This document shows positions 61,622-64,000 of a stretch of DNA of 64,000 nt, in pieces; position 1 is the stretch's first letter, and each line of letters begins with the position of its first letter. This DNA comes from an uncultured Chloroflexia bacterium (GTDB lineage Bacteria; Chloroflexota; Limnocylindria; Limnocylindrales; CSP1-4). The notes under the pieces are model-generated. The model made no database searches, was not told the DNA's origin, and was given only the letters and a program-made list of their open reading frames with translations. A program made the translations under genes and the position numbers. The stretch lies in assembly GCA_963749705.1 (NCBI GenBank), contig CAVVNQ010000003.1, positions 224,001 through 288,000 of the forward strand, read 5' to 3'.

Positions 61622-62319
61622 TGCTTGGAACCCGGTACAGCCCCACGCAGCTCGGTGTCCGGCCGGCGCCGGAGCTCGTCCAGCGGCTGCTGATCGGCGC
61701 CTTCGGCTGGATGTTCGCCGGCCTGCTGATCAGCGCCGGCGTCGCCTTCGTGACCATGAGCAGCGATACGCTCATCAGCGCCGTCGCCGACATCTGGTTC
61801 CTGATTGCCATCGGGCAGTTCGCGCTCGCGATCGGCATCCAGGCGACGATCAACCGGCTGTCGCCGACCGCCAGCCTCGGGTTGTTCTTCGTCTTCGCGG
61901 CCTCGATGGGCCTCACGATCGGGGTCGTCGTCAGCGCCTACAACGGCCCGTCCGTTGCCGGCGCCTTCCTGTCGGCGAGCGCCATGTTCGGCGCGGCGGC
62001 GCTCTACGGCGCCACCACCCGGCGCGAGCTGGCCGGGATGGGCGGCATCCTGTTCATGGGCCTGATCGGGATCGTTGTCGCGTCGTTCGTGAACCTGGTG
62101 CTGGGCTCGGGCCTGGTCGGGTGGTTGCTCGCCCTTGGCGGCGTCGCCCTGTTCACGGTCCTCACCGCGTACGACGTGCAGCGGATCACCCGTGGCGACT
62201 ACGCCGCGTTCGCGGGCAGCCAGGAGAAGGCGTCGATCATGGCGGCGCTCCACCTGTACCTGGACTTCATCAACCTGTTCCTGTTCTTGCTTCGCCTGAT
62301 GGGCGGCACGCGCAACTAG
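61618..62319 (+). CDS. Bax inhibitor-1/YccA family membrane protein
   Basis: About 7 TM helices, LTAYDVQRI, ALHLYLDFINLF. Confidence 0.9.
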   Translation: MMLGTRYSPTQLGVRPAPELVQRLLIGAFGWMFAGLLISAGVAFVTMSSDTLISAVADIWFLIAIGQFALAIGIQATINRLSPTASLGLFFVFAASMGLTIGVVVSAYNGPSVAGAFLSASAMFGAAALYGATTRRELAGMGGILFMGLIGIVVASFVNLVLGSGLVGWLLALGGVALFTVLTAYDVQRITRGDYAAFAGSQEKASIMAALHLYLDFINLFLFLLRLMGGTRN

Positions 62320-62364
62320 CGCAGGTCGCGCTGCGGGTGTCGCGCACGCCGCGGCCGCCGCAGC

Positions 62365-64000
62365 TCAGCCGGCGAGGGCCGGCAGCACGACCTGATCGCC
62401 CGGGCTCGCCGCGAGCAGGGCCTCCAGCTCCGCGGCGGGCAGCGGGCGAGCGTACAGGTATCCCTGGCCGCGATCGCAGGCCAGCTGGCGCAGCCAGGCG
62501 AGCTGCTCGGCCGTCTCGATCCCCTCGGCGACGACGTCGATGCCCAGGCCATGGGCCAGCCCGATGATCGCCTGGACGATGGGCAGGTTCGCGTCGTCCG
62601 ATCCCAGGCCGGCCACGAACGACTGGTCGATCTTGATCGTGTCGAGCGGCAGCCGCCGCAGATACGACAGCGACGAGTAGCCGGTCCCGAAGTCGTCCAG
62701 GACCAGCCGGACGCCGAGAGCGCGCAACCCGCGGAGACGCTCCACCGACGCCTCCGACTGGTCCATGACCACGCTCTCGGTGATCTCCAGCTCGAGCGTG
62801 GCGGGATCCAGCCCGGTCGCATCGAGGATCGCCGCGACGTCCTGCACGAGATCCGCCTGGGCGAACTCGCGAGCCGACAGGTTGACGCTGACGAACAGCG
62901 GTCCGGCGGATGGATGGCGCCGTTGCCAGTCACGCACCTGATCGCAGGCCGTGCGCAGGACCCAGCGACCGATGGGCAGGATCAGGCCCGTCTCCTCGGC
63001 CAGCGGAATGAACGACAGCGGGGGCACGATGCCGCGCTCGGGGTGCTGCCAGCGGAGCAGCGCCTCCACGCCCACGATGGCGCCGCACCGGAGGTCCACG
63101 AGCGGCTGGTAGTACAGCCGAAGCTCCGATCGCTCGAGCGCCCGCCGCAGGTCGTGCTCCAGGATGGCCCGGTCCATGGTCTCCGCGCTCATCTCGGGGT
63201 CGTAGCTGACCATCGATTGCACGGGGTCGGCCTTGGCGCGGTGGAGGGCGATCTCTGCCTGCTTGAGCACGTCGGCCGCCTGCATTCCGCGGATCCTGCC
63301 CACAGCCAGCCCGAGGCTTGCCCCGACCGCGACCTCCCGCCCGTCAAGGTCGAACGGCTTGGCGAACACGCGCTCGATCCGCGCCGCCACGCGCTCCGCC
63401 TCGCGAGCGCTGCGCAACGGGGCGAGCAGGATCCCGAACTCGTCGCTGCCCAGTCGGGCGACCGTGTCCGACCGACGTGCGGCGCGTGCCAGGCGGCGTG
63501 CGACCTGGACCAGGAGCGCGTCGCCGGCGGCATGGCCGAGGCTCTCGTTGACCATCTTGAACCGGTCGATGTCGAGCAGGATCATCCCGATCCGGCCGCC
63601 GCCGCCACGTGCCGCGACCGGGCCGGGGGTCCCGCGTCCGTCGCGCGTCCGTTCGCCGTCCGGGAATGGGGCATCGGCTGAGGCGTCGGACGATGCCTCG
63701 ACGAGCTCCGTCAGCCGATTGAGGAGGAGCGTGCGGTTCGGGAGCCCGGTGAGCACGTCGTGGAGCGCGGCGTGCGCGCGCTGCCGGACCTCGGTCTGGG
63801 CCCGCTCGAACAGGCGAGCGTTGTCGAGGGCGACGGACGCGAGCTGTGCGAACCGTGCGACGGCGGCGGTCTCGCGGTTCGAGAACGGGCGCGCGGGGAT
63901 GCCGGACGCCAGCCCGATGACGCCCAGCACCTCGTCGCCCGAGGTGAGTGGCACGGCGCATACCGCCCCGAACGATCCGATCTCCAGGTCCGGTGCCCGC
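62365..64000 (-). CDS. GAF-GGDEF-EAL signalling protein (5' end outside window)
   Basis: Frame open to window edge; GAF end [57 protein letters not shown]. Confidence 0.92.
   Translation of the reverse strand, partial: RAPDLEIGSFGAVCAVPLTSGDEVLGVIGLASGIPARPFSNRETAAVARFAQLASVALDNARLFERAQTEVRQRAHAALHDVLTGLPNRTLLLNRLTELVEASSDASADAPFPDGERTRDGRGTPGPVAARGGGGRIGMILLDIDRFKMVNESLGHAAGDALLVQVARRLARAARRSDTVARLGSDEFGILLAPLRSAREAERVAARIERVFAKPFDLDGREVAVGASLGLAVGRIRGMQAADVLKQAEIALHRAKADPVQSMVSYDPEMSAETMDRAILEHDLRRALERSELRLYYQPLVDLRCGAIVGVEALLRWQHPERGIVPPLSFIPLAEETGLILPIGRWVLRTACDQVRDWQRRHPSAGPLFVSVNLSAREFAQADLVQDVAAILDATGLDPATLELEITESVVMDQSEASVERLRGLRALGVRLVLDDFGTGYSSLSYLRRLPLDTIKIDQSFVAGLGSDDANLPIVQAIIGLAHGLGIDVVAEGIETAEQLAWLRQLACDRGQGYLYARPLPAAELEALLAASPGDQVVLPALAG

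Overview
Very GC-rich (by eye about 70%) bacterial core-chromosome segment. Gene content and order (rplU-rpmA-rpmE, DsbA-VKOR, MMPL, no outer-membrane genes) suggest a monoderm terrabacterium, most plausibly Chloroflexota, possibly Limnocylindria; this is inference only. The left 17 kb is all minus strand: parA-parB-gyrB-thioesterase-AlkD-like-gyrA-prs, secA, a Cys-rich microprotein coupled to frameshifted prfB, a GNAT, and ftsEX. Two parS sites lie at 17.2-17.3 kb, where gene orientation flips. To the right are mreD-mrdA-rodA, cation transporters, ribosomal proteins, a PLDc_N-fused ABC exporter, an ApbE flavinylation/diheme cytochrome b cluster beside a Zur-type metal ABC operon and DsbA-VKOR, MMPL plus an AttH-like lipoprotein, kamA, a TetR unit, an Rrf2-box-preceded sulfurtransferase unit, dmpA, pabBC, a phycobiliprotein-like globin, SufT, PduO, BI-1 and a partial GAF-GGDEF-EAL gene. 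I saw no rRNA, tRNA, CRISPR or mobile element. Best candidates for undescribed biology: (1) the ApbE + cytochrome b + two coiled-coil proteins module with a terminal TGAS flavinylation motif; (2) the double-CxxxCxxC microprotein with a structured leader coupled to RF2; (3) the stand-alone phycobiliprotein-fold globin lacking the bilin cysteine. All calls are by-eye motif recognition, not database searches.
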